In this document: in pieces, positions 42,996 to 57,200 of the stretch
Layout: every line of letters begins with the position of its first letter
Numbering within the stretch: the first letter of the stretch is position 1
From: Eledone cirrhosa
Taxonomy: Eukaryota
Direction of reading: 5' to 3'
DNA: 64,000 bases
Assembly: GCA_964016885.1 (NCBI GenBank)
Contig: OZ024744.1
Location: 42,470,001 to 42,534,000 of the forward strand
The notes under the pieces: model-generated
The model's database searches: none
What the model was told of the DNA's origin: nothing
What the model saw: the letters and a program-made list of their open reading frames with translations, nothing else
Program-made: the position numbers and the translations under genes

Positions 42996-44052
42996 TACCA
43001 TCACTGTACCAATGTAAGAAATCAAAATATTTACTCTTTACCTCCTATAATAGTTTAGCAAAAAATATCTAAAACCAGGTTTGTTAATTCAAATATTTAT
43101 GTTATCTTTATTAGAGGACAGATTGTGAAAATTTATAGTAAACTAAAATAAATACTTTAATTTTACATATGATACAATTATAGTGCTAGTTTGCACTTTT
43201 CAAAACTGTCTTGCTAATGTGGTTTCATGTGGTACAAGACATTGAAAGTTAAACAAATTTGACCTTGATGAGACTTGGATATAAAACATAAAACGTAAAT
43301 GGTTATAACTAAATACCTCCAGGTATTTTGTCTGACACCCTATCAATTCTTCCAATGCACTGCCTTCTTAACAAGTATCTAAAACTAATTGGTTTTGTAA
43401 TGTGTATTCAGTTATACACTCAATTGGACTACATTGAACACAAAATTAGTGTGTAACTGACTGAGTATTATGTAAATTTTGTGTAGTCTTAACATAATCA
43501 CCTGGCAAAAAATCAGCATGGCATTGTATTTGACAGGGCTGGATAAGGTATAGTCCATCATCATTTTACGTCCACTTTTCCCTGCTTGCAAGGGTGGGAC
43601 AGGTCCTCTTCAGCACAACATCTCTCTCTGAGCTTCAGTGATCTCAGGTCAGCTCTCACTACCTCATTCCCTGTTTTCCGTGGTCTTCCTCTACTGCATC
43701 TTCCTTCCACTAGGATTTTGTGGCACTTCTTTACCCAGTGGTCATCATCCATGCACATCACATGGCCATATCAATGTAGTCTTCTCTCCTACACACTACA
43801 GTTTATTCCCCTTATATACAGTTTCTCTCCCAACTCATCCATGCTTGGTCATTCACACACATTGACATTGCACATCCATCAGAGCATGCTTGCTTCATTT
43901 CTCTCCAACCTTCACATATCCTCTGCAGTTGTTGCCTATGTCTCACTACCATACAGCATCACACATAACACACAGGCATCATAAACCAGCCTTTTGATCG
44001 CAGGGAGAAACCCTTCGTTGTCAACAGAGGCAGCAGCACTATGATTTAAGTA

Positions 44053-45288
44053 GCTGAGTATTCCACAGATGCCTGTAATCTTAATATAATCCCCAGGCAG
44101 AATAAGTATGACACAATATGTAACAAAGCTGAAACTTTTAACTTCAGTTATAGTCCCTTGACTGGGCTTCCATACAGCTGTTGTTAACCCAATTTCACTT
44201 ACAAGGCCTGGGACGACTAGAGGCTATGGTCAATGACATTTGCCCAAGATACCATGCAGTGGAACCAAACCACGTGCCTTTGTGTGGATATCAACATGAA
44301 TGGACCTGTTATTTTTATCTAAAGACATTTTTTCCAATTCCATCCCGCCTGGCCCCTCAATCTATCTTATTTCTCATTCTTTCTTCTGATGAAGGACTAG
44401 CGTCCGAAACGTTAAGACCCTCTTCCTGCTATATCAAGCGTTAACCTAATATATCCCTTCCATATACTGTACCGATTGTGTTGTTATTTCTGTTTACATT
44501 TTACACACACACATATATATATATTTACTGTAGCACCGGCTCAGAGCAGGAGAGTTGGGGCGAAAAAGGTATCGGATGCTGAATTTGCCGACGACATAGT
44601 TTTGGTGACAAATACAGTGAAGGAGGCAGACGATTTGATGCGGGAGGTTGAGACTGTGTCGATGAGTGTGGGGCTGAGAATGAATGAGACTAAAACAAAA
44701 TATCTGGTAGAGAATGTTGAGAAGCCAGAGGGGATCACTAATGTAGGCGGGAAGCCGTTGGAATTGGTTGAGGACTTCCTGTATTTGGGAGCAAAGATTG
44801 GGAATACGGAAGATGATGGGGTTGAGACCTGAAAATCCGCCTCTTCATTGCTGTAGTAGAGTCTGTGCTGCTGTATGGGTCTGAGACTTGGACACTGACC
44901 AAGAGACTCACTCAGATGGTGGATGGGTGCTACACGAGAATGCTGAGGATGGCTCTGAACATTAATCAGTATACACTGAGGATGAAAAACTCAGAGCTGT
45001 ATGGGAGCATCCCAAAAGTCAGCTCAAAAGTCACACAGAGGAGACTGAGGTTGGCTGGACATGCTCACCGACATCCAGAGTTGACATTGCACTCAGTGCT
45101 CCTTTGGGAGCCCCTACATGGACACGCTAGAAGAGGAAGACCAAGGTTAACATATGTTGATGCCCTAAGGACAGACACTGGTCTGTTGGAGATGCAGGAT
45201 ATGGCAGCGATAATGATCGACAGAGACCGCTGGAGAGAACTCGTCCATGGATCTCGAGAATTTTACCCGCCTTAGATAGATAGATAGA
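44053..45288 (+). repeat. Near-identical duplicate of 13183-14480 (SINE relics, pLTR and RTE 3' end)
   Basis: Offset 30870; identical ORF translations; ~67-bp deletion at ~44827. Confidence 0.92.
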
Positions 45289-45289
45289 T

Positions 45290-46708
45290 ATTTATAAAAC
45301 TGAAATTGTCTGTGTGTATGTCCTAAATTTTGCAAAGTCTATACAAATCCACGGTTCTACTCCGATTGACTTCAAACGTGCATAATATTCCTTGCTGTCT
45401 AAAGATATTAACTGCAGCTTTTATTTTTCATATTTCTGTTGTTAAAGGGGTGTTAGACGCCGGTTAGCGATCTCTCTCTCTCTTTTAGTCTGTCTTTTTA
45501 GATAGATACATAGCTATAACGTTGCGCCCCTATAATATATGTCAGTATGTCTGACTGTCTGCATTACGACATTATGACAAATATTGTTCTCATTGCTGAC
45601 GTATTATCTTCGCTATTATCCGTTCATTGCCAGGGAACGTCATCACGAACCAAAGTATCGTCTTCCTGTTTTCCTTCGGGTGCAACTTTTTTCGAAATAT
45701 TTACTTCTGCGTTCACAGATTGATTTTTTTTTAGTTTCAGAAGATCCTGTTAAGGGTGAAAGCAACGATTCTTTGCTTAAACGTTAATCTGTTATTTTAA
45801 TATATATAATTATATATTCGTGTACAGATATTTTTGCATACACAGAAACAAAATATAAACAAACATATTTATTTCACGAAAGCACTGACGGCTTATTGTT
45901 ATTGTTACTGCCGATATGCCACCCAAAAAGTCTCACTACTTTTGGCACAAGGCCAGCAATTACATAGTCAGCGGTTCGGAAATCACATGCATCACTGACG
46001 AGTTTACTCCTTACTCTACTAGTTAGTATTAGTGTACTTCGTCCTGCTTTTAGGCAATGCCTCGAAGGAAGAGATACTCCGTTGGCCAAAATACTGCGAA
46101 AGCGGCAAGAAAAAGAACAAGGCGGGCAAACGAATCGTCAGTGTAATCTACCATTCGACGGTTGCAGGATGCTGAACGTACTGCCACCAGAAGAGCACTT
46201 GAAACAGACAACCAACGAACCATTCGCTGAACCGTGTCAGCTTTGCAATGTCTATCAACAAATCCTGGGGTCAGACCCTAGTTGTTGCTGGTCTTCTTTT
46301 GGAAGAGTCATGTTTTTCACACGGGCAACTATACGTTGGCTGCTCAAGAGTGGGAAACAAGACAAATCTATTTGCATATGCGGAAGAACAAGGATCATTG
46401 TGTACAAGGAGGTACTACAATCATTGTTTAGGTAAATGAGGCAGAAGGGGATATACAAGATTTGCTGAAGAAGGACGAGACTGTGTTAGTAGTACGACCA
46501 ACAGCCGCAAAAACAACAACAAAAAAGAGAGGGAACGCAATTACATGTTTTTGAAAATTCTTAATGGAAAATTATTTGCCTAAGCACAAAATATAGACAC
46601 CATCCCCAGGGCGAGGTATTCCGTACTTCTCTGTACTGTTTCAGAAAGGAGGGATAAACATGCCAATCTATGTTTAGAAGCCTGAGCAACGCCAGGCCAT
46701 TCTGCTAG
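45290..46708 (+). mobile_element. Non-autonomous Helitron with a PIF1 helicase C-terminal remnant
   Basis: 3' hairpin gcctg-agcaacgc-caggc then CTAG|T at 46705-08; FAMSINKSWGQTL..FSHGQLYVGCSRV at 46240-46439; 5' boundary approximate. Confidence 0.85.
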
Positions 46709-47597
46709 TATTTATAGATATATATATATTGTTATATTTGGGGAGGGTCATATTGTTATAATATTGCCAGAAACAATAATAGAACACACTCACTGTTTGG
46801 CCTGGATTGGTCTTCTTGTCTGTATCTTTTATATTTCCATTGTTAATTCATCTGGCAATCAATGTTTATCATTGATTGACCAACGGTTAAAAATACAGAT
46901 ATAAATATATATATATAGTCTATCAAAGTTCTTTCGTCACACATCTGTGACATTATCAGTGGTACTATCATGTTTCCTCCTGTTGTATTGTAATGTCTAC
47001 GCCAGGTTTATTTAATTAAATAAATACATATACATGGTCACCTGATCTGACTTGTCTCACAATGAGACAACTCCTCTAAGTCATGCATAGAAAAATGGAC
47101 AGTAAATGATGATGGATGGGTTTAAAAAAGTACTCAATATGTTAGTAGAAAATAGGCATCATTATTTTATATATATATATATATTATGATCATCATCATT
47201 TTTATGTCTGCTTTATATATATGGGAATCAAAATAGGGAGCACCCAAGAAAATTACAACAGAGGAATCAGAGAGTATCTTCTCTTCAGTTAAATTCTGGA
47301 AATCGTTATAGTTTAAGTGCATTATAGGTGAGACTATTTGTTCCGCAAAATGATGACACTTTGGACAAAAGGATGACACTTTATTTGTGTAATACGCCAA
47401 AATGCGAATTACACAAATAAAGATAAAAATGCAGTGCACCATAGCTTAGCCAAAAGGTGAAAAACAGAAATATATAGTTTGAATTGTGGTTCTACAAAGA
47501 GCAAGGACAGAATATGTGTGTGTTCGTGCATATATATATATATATATATATATAACAAATAACTGTATTGCTCTACATGGCTGAAGACAATATATGT

Positions 47598-47950
47598 CAG
47601 TAGAATGAACCAGTCATTCTTGCCCTTGTGCTGGCATATAAACAGAACCACAGACTCTAATGTTTCTAGGTTATTACCTTTCACACTACCATATACTGCT
47701 TACCTGCCAACGATTAGAGCTAGTGAAAATATATGATATTTTCTGAAATATACAATGACTGATGGGCCTGATTTGCATTTTAGCAGACTGCCTGATCAGT
47801 CAGATCTGCATGCAGTATAAGTACTGATGAAGGGTAATCACCCAGAAACATTAGTGTCTGCCGTTCTGTTTATATACCAACACAAGCACAAGAATGACGG
47901 GGTCATTCTACTGGCATGGCTTAAAGCGGTTGTTTGAATAATTGCAAACG
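47598..47950 (+). mobile_element. Older fold-back pLTR module
   Basis: Diverged IR 47598-47689/47821-47913 containing a hammerhead. Confidence 0.6.
47821..47861 (+). ncRNA. Minimal type I hammerhead ribozyme
   Basis: gta-CTGATGA-a-gggt-aatc-accc-a-GAAA-ca-ttag-t-GTC-tgc. Confidence 0.72.
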
Positions 47951-48119
47951 AACCGAATAGTATTATTAATATTAATTAACTTTGCCTTTCATCCTTACGG
48001 GGTCAATAAATAAAGTACCAGTAATCCACTGAGTATTTGCTGGCCTTGTGCCAAAAGTAGACACAATTATTATTAATATTCGAAAAACTCAGATTACATA
48101 TATATATATATATATATAT

Positions 48120-48293
48120 ATTGGTAAACGGAATAGAAAATGCTGACAAATTGTTCACAGTGAAACATAGTTTAATTAGGAATAAGTGAGAATTAGTAAT
48201 TGTATTGGTTAGTATTCAGTTTTGGTTTTAAGTTTTACCGGTTGCGCATTTCTAATGCTTTTCAAAAATAATTTTGAGATAGAGCGTCCGTGA
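48120..48293 (-). mobile_element. Solo 3' pLTR fragment of the PLE at 5908-8092
   Basis: Matches 5909-6093 and abuts (TA)n at the same terminus. Confidence 0.8.
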
Positions 48294-48305
48294 TAGATAT
48301 ATATA

Positions 48306-48943
48306 TACAATATATAGAGGGGAAAGACACAGGAGAGTGTGTTTTTCATTACAGGAATTTCGAACTACCAGCGTGAGAAGAATATAAGCTACTAGAGGTA
48401 TTGGTAAAACATTAAAATTATTATTTTTACTTGATATTTGCTCCTTGCGCTCTCTCTCTGCTGTTGAGCACCTTAAATTGAATAGTATAGGCTGCCATCT
48501 CTAGCAGCTTGTTCTGTTCATGCCACCAGTTACTGCCCCGTGCACGCATTTCTCTTATGTCTACACGTGCGAAGGGTGGTTTATTTTAGTTGTCTCTCTA
48601 GTAGTGCGGACACTATTGGCCTTCCACATGCTGATGACCCACCGGGCCATATTGGAACCCATTAAAATGGCGAAACATGCTCCTGGTGAGTCTGTACATG
48701 TGTGATTTAGGTGAGGATGGTTTTTCATTTCAATTTATACTTTTAATTTTAATTTTAATTTTAATGCCTCTAGTAGCTTATATTCTTCTCACGCTGGTGG
48801 CTCGAAATTCGTGTAATGAAAAACACACTCTCCTGTGTCTTTCCCCTCTATATATTGTATTTAAAGTACCCAGGAAAACAATTTCCTTTGAGCTCATATA
48901 ATTACAGGATTATACGCGAGTCCTTTGCTCCGTTATTTTTACT

Positions 48944-48949
<6 letters not shown>
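48306..48949 (+). mobile_element. Non-coding 512-nt terminally redundant module with inverted 5' segment and hammerhead (48625-48702)
   Basis: DR 48421-37/48933-49; IR 48306-48402/48763-48859; cacatg-CTGATGA-ccca...tggc-GAAAC...GTC-tgta-catgtg; GTTGAGCAC at 48463. Confidence 0.7.
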
Positions 48950-49014
<65 letters not shown>

Positions 49015-49370
49015 TATATACAGTTCAAGAGTAACCAATCTTAAAGAGAGAGATGGAGATAGTAGAGGAGATATGAGAGGAGAGATTGGTGAGTTAGTTA
49101 GAAGCCAAAGCGTAAAGGCATGTGTTCAATGTGCAATATGCAGTAGAAAGCAGCTAGGTGGCTGGTTTCTTGCAGAAGTTAGGTGCGCAGAGCTGGAAAT
49201 ATTCATTAGTTAAGCAAAACAAGACCACAAATTTCACAAGGAAGACATTATTAAAAGATTGTCAACATATTTTAGTTTGATGTAAGGAATGTAGAGAATA
49301 ATAATAATAATATTAATAATAATAATGTCCGTTTACAATTGTTTCGCTACTCCATATAATATTTATGGAT

Positions 49371-49845
49371 CAGATGACTATATATCATAATTGATCTGGT
49401 TCAGTTGAAAATAATTAACATATTTAAAAAACAGAGCGGCTCATCGGAACTTCAAAGGAATATAAATTAAAATAATGAGAGAATGTTACATAATATAATG
49501 TTCCATTATATAATGTTCCATAATATAATGTTCCATAATGGAACATTATATTATGTAACATTCTCTCATTATTTTAATTTATATTCCTTTGAAGTTACGA
49601 TGAGCCGCTCTGTTTTTAAATATGTTAATTATTTTCAACTGAACCAGATCAATTATGATATATAGTCATCTGGCAGGAGGGTATACGTTGCTGACGATGG
49701 CTAATAAGCTTGAAACTAGTACAGCGTTCCTTTGTCAGTGTTGAGCAAATGAGCAACGATGGTTGCTAGACACTGTACGGCTTAATTCGGGATGTCTGTT
49801 TACAAACACATCGAGCATTATAATAAATGTTCGGTGAATCCATAC
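49371..49845 (+). mobile_element. Fold-back pLTR module
   Basis: IR 49371-49508/49536-49672; hammerhead at 49687-49725; GTTGAGCAA at 49740. Confidence 0.7.
49687..49725 (+). ncRNA. Minimal type I hammerhead ribozyme
   Basis: gttg-CTGACGA-t-ggct-aata-agct-t-GAAA-c-ta-GTA-cagc; palindrome actagt. Confidence 0.72.
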
Positions 49846-49864
49846 GTACATATATATATGTGTG

Positions 49865-49900
<36 letters not shown>

Positions 49901-50006
49901 CATACTACTGTGCGTCTGTATAAATGTATGTATGTACGTATACACACTTATATTTAAGTAACAGCCGTACTAAGAGTGAGAAATGAAATTTCGTTTCATT
50001 TTTTCC

Positions 50007-50045
<39 letters not shown>

Positions 50046-50464
50046 GCTATACATATACACATACCTATATATAAACATATATTATGATATTATAATGACA
50101 AACAGATTCACATATTCAGAGAAATATTCCATAAAAAGTTTCTTAAAAGAAATATGAGAGAAAAACAACAAACTGCTGTTGGAATAATAAGATTAGATAA
50201 GAACTACAATACACACAAATGCATGCACATGGAATATACATACCTATACTGGCACATATTGAAACATATACACATGCAATCCCAAAAGCACTCATGCAAA
50301 TACAAAAGCACTCATGCAAATCATTCAACACATCAACTCACATACATATATATAATTCGTTTTTGAATTAGTTTTGCGAGATTTCTTATCTGAAAACGTG
50401 TGTTGAAACAGATATTGTTACACTTTGGGAGGGTCATACTGCCAATAAAAACACGCGCACCTGT

Positions 50465-51285
50465 TAGAGAGAACAGTCAGGAATTAAAGAAGAACACCAT
50501 GGAAAGCATCCAACTCCACCCACCAGAGTATTAAAGTTACCATAGAATAGCAAACTAAACAACCATAGATTACCCGTACTAGACACAGAACTCTGTTAGT
50601 AATAGAAACTATTAGTAATAGAACGCATATCCTCCATTCGCATTAAGCCAAACCCATGACCTCCAAATACCTGATCCACCGAAACTTAGCTGTTTCGGAT
50701 CACCTGAAAATCAATATACTGATTGTGGACTTAATAAGAGTGAAGAGAAACATTTCCCGCATGAGGAACCCCGAAGAATTAGAGAGAGAGACAAATACAA
50801 CACTTCATCCACTGCATGCAGTTCTCTGGCTACAATCAGAAAGACGAGATCAGGGTATCTAAAGGAGCTAGAACTGAATGGGCAAAGATTGTAAAAAATG
50901 AGGCAAATGGAACTTGCCCCATGTATAGGAGCAAATTTTGAAACAGAATAGAGAGGATTAAGAATAAGGCAAAATCATGGTATGATAGCAATAAATACCA
51001 GAGTATAATGTTCGTCACTACAACCCCTAGAGGCGAACTAGCTTACATATTTAGAAGGGTCCTAGACTGGCTCAAACCAAATATTAAGATAGTTGAAAGA
51101 TCAGGTATTCCCATAAAAACCCTAATTAGCAAACATATCCATTTTAAAGATGCCCCTGTGCTGATAGGAAACGCATAGTCTGCAAGCTAAGCCCTCAAAC
51201 AAATCGCAAAACTAGGAAGGTAGTATATAGCATAAGATGTACTGACGGACAGTGTAGAAATAAGAATATAACATACATAGGTTAT
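50465..51285 (+). pseudogene. Degenerate PLE RT C-terminus and start of GIY-YIG
   Basis: Manual translation: SIKVTIE, LPVLDTE, KIVERSG, KVVYSIRCTDGQC...YIGY; stops and frameshifts. Confidence 0.75.
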
Positions 51286-51289
51286 ATTC

Positions 51290-54200
51290 AGCCATTACTA
51301 CAATCATAATAAACCACATTAGTACCATCATAAGTATCTAACGTGACACTATCATAGCTATCACCTTTAACATCATAACACTGTCATAACTAGCAATATC
51401 ATACCATTCTCCTATCAATATCATAACCCCTATCAATAATCATAACATTGTCAGAACTACCAACATGATAACTACCAATATCATAACACTGTCATAACTA
51501 CCAATATCATATCACTGCCATAACTACCAATATCATATTACTGTCATAACTACCAATATCATATCACTGTCATAACTACCAATATCATAACACTGTCATA
51601 ACTACCAATATCGTAACACTATCATAACAACCAATATCATAGCACTGTCATAACTACCAATATCCTAAACTGTCATAACTACCAATATCATATCACTGTC
51701 ATAAGAACCAATATCGTAACACTATCATAACAACCAATATCATAGCACTGTCATAACTACCAATATCATAACACTGTCATAACTACCAATATCATAACAC
51801 TGTCATAACTACCAATATCATATCACTGTCATAACTACCAATATCATATCACTGTCATAACTACCAATATCATAACACTGTCAGAACTACCAATATCGTA
51901 ACACTATCATAACAACCAATATCATAGCACTGTCATAACTACCAATATCGTAACACTATCATAACAACCAATATCATAACACTGTCATAATTACCAATAT
52001 CCTAACACTGTCATAACTACCAATATCATAACATTGTCATAACTACCAATATCGTAACACTATCATAACAACCAATATCATAGCACTGTCATAACTACCA
52101 ATATCCTAAACTGTCATAACTACCAATATCATATCACTGTCATAAGAACCAATATCGTAACACTATCATAACAACCAATATCATAGCACTGTCATAACTA
52201 CCAATATCATAACACTGTCATAACTACCAATATCATAACACTGTCATAACTACCAATATCATAACAATGTAATAACTACCAATATCATAACACTGTCATA
52301 ACTACCAATATCATAACACTGTCATAACTACCAATATCATAACACAATCATAACTACCAATATCATAACACTGTCATAATTACCAATATCATAACACTGT
52401 CATAACTACCAATATCCTAACACTGTCATAACTACCAATATCGTAACACTATCATAACTACCAATATCATAGCACTGTCATAACTACCAATATCATAAGA
52501 CTGTCATAACTACCAATATCATATCACTGTCATAACTACCAATATCATAACAATGTCATAACTACCAATATCCTAACACTGTCATAACTACCAATATCAT
52601 AACATTGTCATAATTACCAATATCATAACACAATCATAACTACCAATATCATATCACTGTCATAACTACCAATATCATAACACTGTCATAATTGCCAATA
52701 TCATAACACTGTCATAACTACCAATATCGTAACACTATCATAACTACCAATATCATAGCACTGTCATAACTACCAATATCATAAGACTGTCATAACTACC
52801 AATATCATATCACTGTCATAACTACCAATATCATAACAATGTCATAACTACCAATATCCTAACACTGTCATAACTACCAATATCATAACATTGTCATAAT
52901 TACCAATATCATAACACAATCATAACTACCAATATCATAACATCGTCATAACTACCAATATCATATCACTATCATAACTACCAATATCATAACACTGTCA
53001 TAACTACCAATATCATATCACTGTCATAACTACCAATATCATAACATTGCCATAACTACCGATATCATAACACTGTTATAACTACCAATATCATAACAAT
53101 GTCATAAATACCAATATCATAACACTGTCATAACTACCAATATCATAACACTGTCATAACTACCAATATCATAACACTGTCATAATTACCAATATCATAA
53201 CACAGTGGTAATTACCAATATCATAACAGTGTCATAATTACCAATGACATAACACTGTGGTAATTACCAATATCATAACAGTGTCATAATTACCAATAAA
53301 ATATCACTGTCATAACTACCAATATCATAACACTGTCATAACTAGCAATATCATAACACTGTCATAACTACCAATATCATATCATTGTCATAACTACCAA
53401 TATCCTAACACTGTCAAACTACCAATATCATAACACTGTCATAACTACCAATATTCTAACACTATCATAACTACCAATATCCTAATACTGTCATAACTAC
53501 CAATATCATAACACTGTCATAACTACTAATATCATAATGTCATAACTACCAATATTCTAATACTGTCATAATTACCAATATCATAACACTGTCATCATTA
53601 CCCATATCCTAACACTGTCATAACTACCAATATCCTAACACTGTCATAACTACCAATATTATAACATTGTCATAACTACCAATATCATAACACTGTCATA
53701 ACTAGCAATATCATAACACTGTCATAACTACTAATATCATAACACTGTCATAACTACCAATATCATAACACTGTCATAATTACCAATATCATAACACTGT
53801 CATAACTACCAATATCCTAACACTGTCATAATTACCAATATCATAACACCGTCATAACTACCAATATCATAACACTGTCATAACTACCAATATCATAACA
53901 CTGTCATAATTACCAATATCATAACACTGTCATAACTAGTAATATCCTAACACTGTCATAACTACTAATATCATAACACTGTCATAACTACCACTATCCT
54001 AACACTGTCATAATAACCAATATCATATCACTGTCATAACTACCAATATCCTAACACTGTCATAATTACAAATATAATAACACTGTCATAACTACCAATA
54101 TCCTAACACTGCCATAGCTACCAATATCCTAGCACTGTCATAATTACCAATATCATAACACTGTGGTAATTACCAATATCATAACAGTGTCATAATTACC

Positions 54201-57200
54201 AATAAAATATCACTGTCATAACTACCAATATCATAACACTGTCATAACTACCAATATCATAACACTGTCATAACTACCAATATCATATCACTGTCATAAC
54301 TACCAATATCCTAACACTGTCATAATTACCAATATCATATCACTGTCATAACTACCAATATCCTAACACTGTCATAACTACCAATATCATAACATTGTCA
54401 TAATTAACAATTTCATAACACAATCATAACTACCAATATCATATCACTGTCATAACTATCGATATCGTAACACTGTCATAATTACCAATATCATAACACT
54501 GTCATAACTACCAATATCCTAACACTGTCATAACTACTAATATCCTAACACTGTCATAACTACCAATATCATAACACTGTCATAACTACCAATATCATAA
54601 CACTGTCATAACTACCAATATCCTAACACTGTCATAACTACTAATATCATAACACTGTCATAACTACCAATATCCTAACACTGTCATAATTACCAATATC
54701 ATAACACTGTCATAACTGCCAATATCCTACTACTGTCATAATTACCAATATCCTAACACTGTCATAACTATCAATATCCTTACTCTGTCATAACTACCAA
54801 TATCATATCACTGTCATAACTACCAATATTATAACACTGTCATAACTACCAATATCATATCACTGTCATAACTACCAATATCCTAACACTGTTATAACTA
54901 CCAATATCATAACACTGTCATAACTACCAATATCCTAACACTGTCATAACTACCAATATCCTAACACTGTCATAACTACCAATATCATAACACTGTCATA
55001 ACTACCAATATCATAACACTGTCATGACTACTAATATCATAACACTGTCATAACTACCAATATCCTAAAACTGTCATAATTACCAATATCATAACACTGT
55101 CATAACTACCAATATCATAACACTGTCATAACTACCAATATCATAACACTGTCATAACTAACAATATCCTAGCACTCATAACTACCAATATCATAACACT
55201 GTCATAACTAGCTATATCCTAACACTGTCATAACTACCAATATCATAACACTGTCATAGCTACCAATATCCTAACACTGTCATAACTACCAATATCATAA
55301 CACTGTCATAACTACCAATATCATAACACTGTCATAACTACCAATATCATATCACTGTCATGACTACCAATATCATAACATTGTCATAACTACCAATATC
55401 ATAACACTGTTATAACTACCAATATCATAACAATGTAATAACTACCAATATCATAACACTGTCATAACTACCAACGTCATAACACTGTCATAACTACCAA
55501 TATCATAACACTGTCATAATTACCAATATCAAAAAACTGTGGTGATTACCAATATCATAACACTGTCATAATTACCAATAAAATATCACTGTCATAACTA
55601 CCAATATCATAGCACTGTCATAACTACCAATATCATAACACTGTCATAACTACCAATATCATATAACTATCATAACTACCAATATCCTAACGCTGTCATA
55701 ATTACCAATATCATATCACTGTCATAACTACCAATATCCTAACACTGTCATAACTACCAATTTCATAACACTGTCATAACTACCAATATCATAACACTGT
55801 CATAATTACCAATATCCTAACACTGTCATAACTACCAATATCATAACAATGTCATAACTACCAATATCCTAACACTGTCATAACTACCAATATCATAACA
55901 TTGTCATAATTACCAATATCATAACACAATCATAACTACCAATATCATATCACTGTCATAACTACCAATATCATAACACTGTCATAATTACCAATATCAT
56001 AACACTGTCATAACTACCAATATCCTAACACTGTCATAACTACTAATATCGTAACACTGTCATAACTACCAATATCATAACATTGTCATAACTACCAATA
56101 TCATAACATTGTCATAATTACCAATATCATATTACTATCATAACTACCAATATCATAACATTGTCATAACTACCAATATCATAACACTGTTATAACTACC
56201 AATATCATAACACTGTCATAACTACCAATATCATAACACTGTCATAACTACCAATATCATAACACTGTCATAATTACCAATATCATAACACTGTGGTAAT
56301 TACCAATATCATAACAGTGTCATAATTACCAATAAAATATCACTGTCATAACTACCAATATCATAACACTGTCTTAACTACCAATATCATAACACTGTCA
56401 TAACTACCAATATCATATCACTGTCATAACTACCAATATCCTAACACTGTCATAACTACCAATATCATAACACTGTCATAACTACCAATATCATATCACT
56501 GTCATAACTACCAATATCCTAACACTGTCATAACTACCAATATCATCACACTGTCATAACTAGCAATATCATAACACTGTCATAACTACTAATATCATAA
56601 CACTGTCATAACTACCAATATCATAACACTGTCATAATTACCAATATCATAACACTGTCATAACTAGTAATATCCTAACACTGTCATAACTACTAATATC
56701 ATAACACTGTCATAACTACCAATATCCTAACACTGTCATAATAACCAATATCATATCACTGTCATAACAACCAATATCCTAACACTGTCATAATTACAAA
56801 TATCATAACACTGTCATAACTACCAATATCCTAACACTGCCATAGCTACCAATATCCTAGCACTGTCATAATTACCAATAACATAACACTGTGGTAATTA
56901 CCAATATCATAACAGTGTCATAATTATCAATAAAATATCACTGTCATAACTACCAATATCATAACACTGTCATAACTACCAATATCATAACACTGTCATA
57001 ACTACCAATATCATATCACTGTCATAACTACCAATATCCTAACACTGTCATAATTACCAATATCATATCACTGTCATAACTATCGATATCGTAACACTGT
57101 CATAATTACCAATATCATAACACTGTCATAACTACCAATATCCTAACACTGTCATAACTACTAATATCCTAACACTGTCATAACTACCAATATCCTTACA

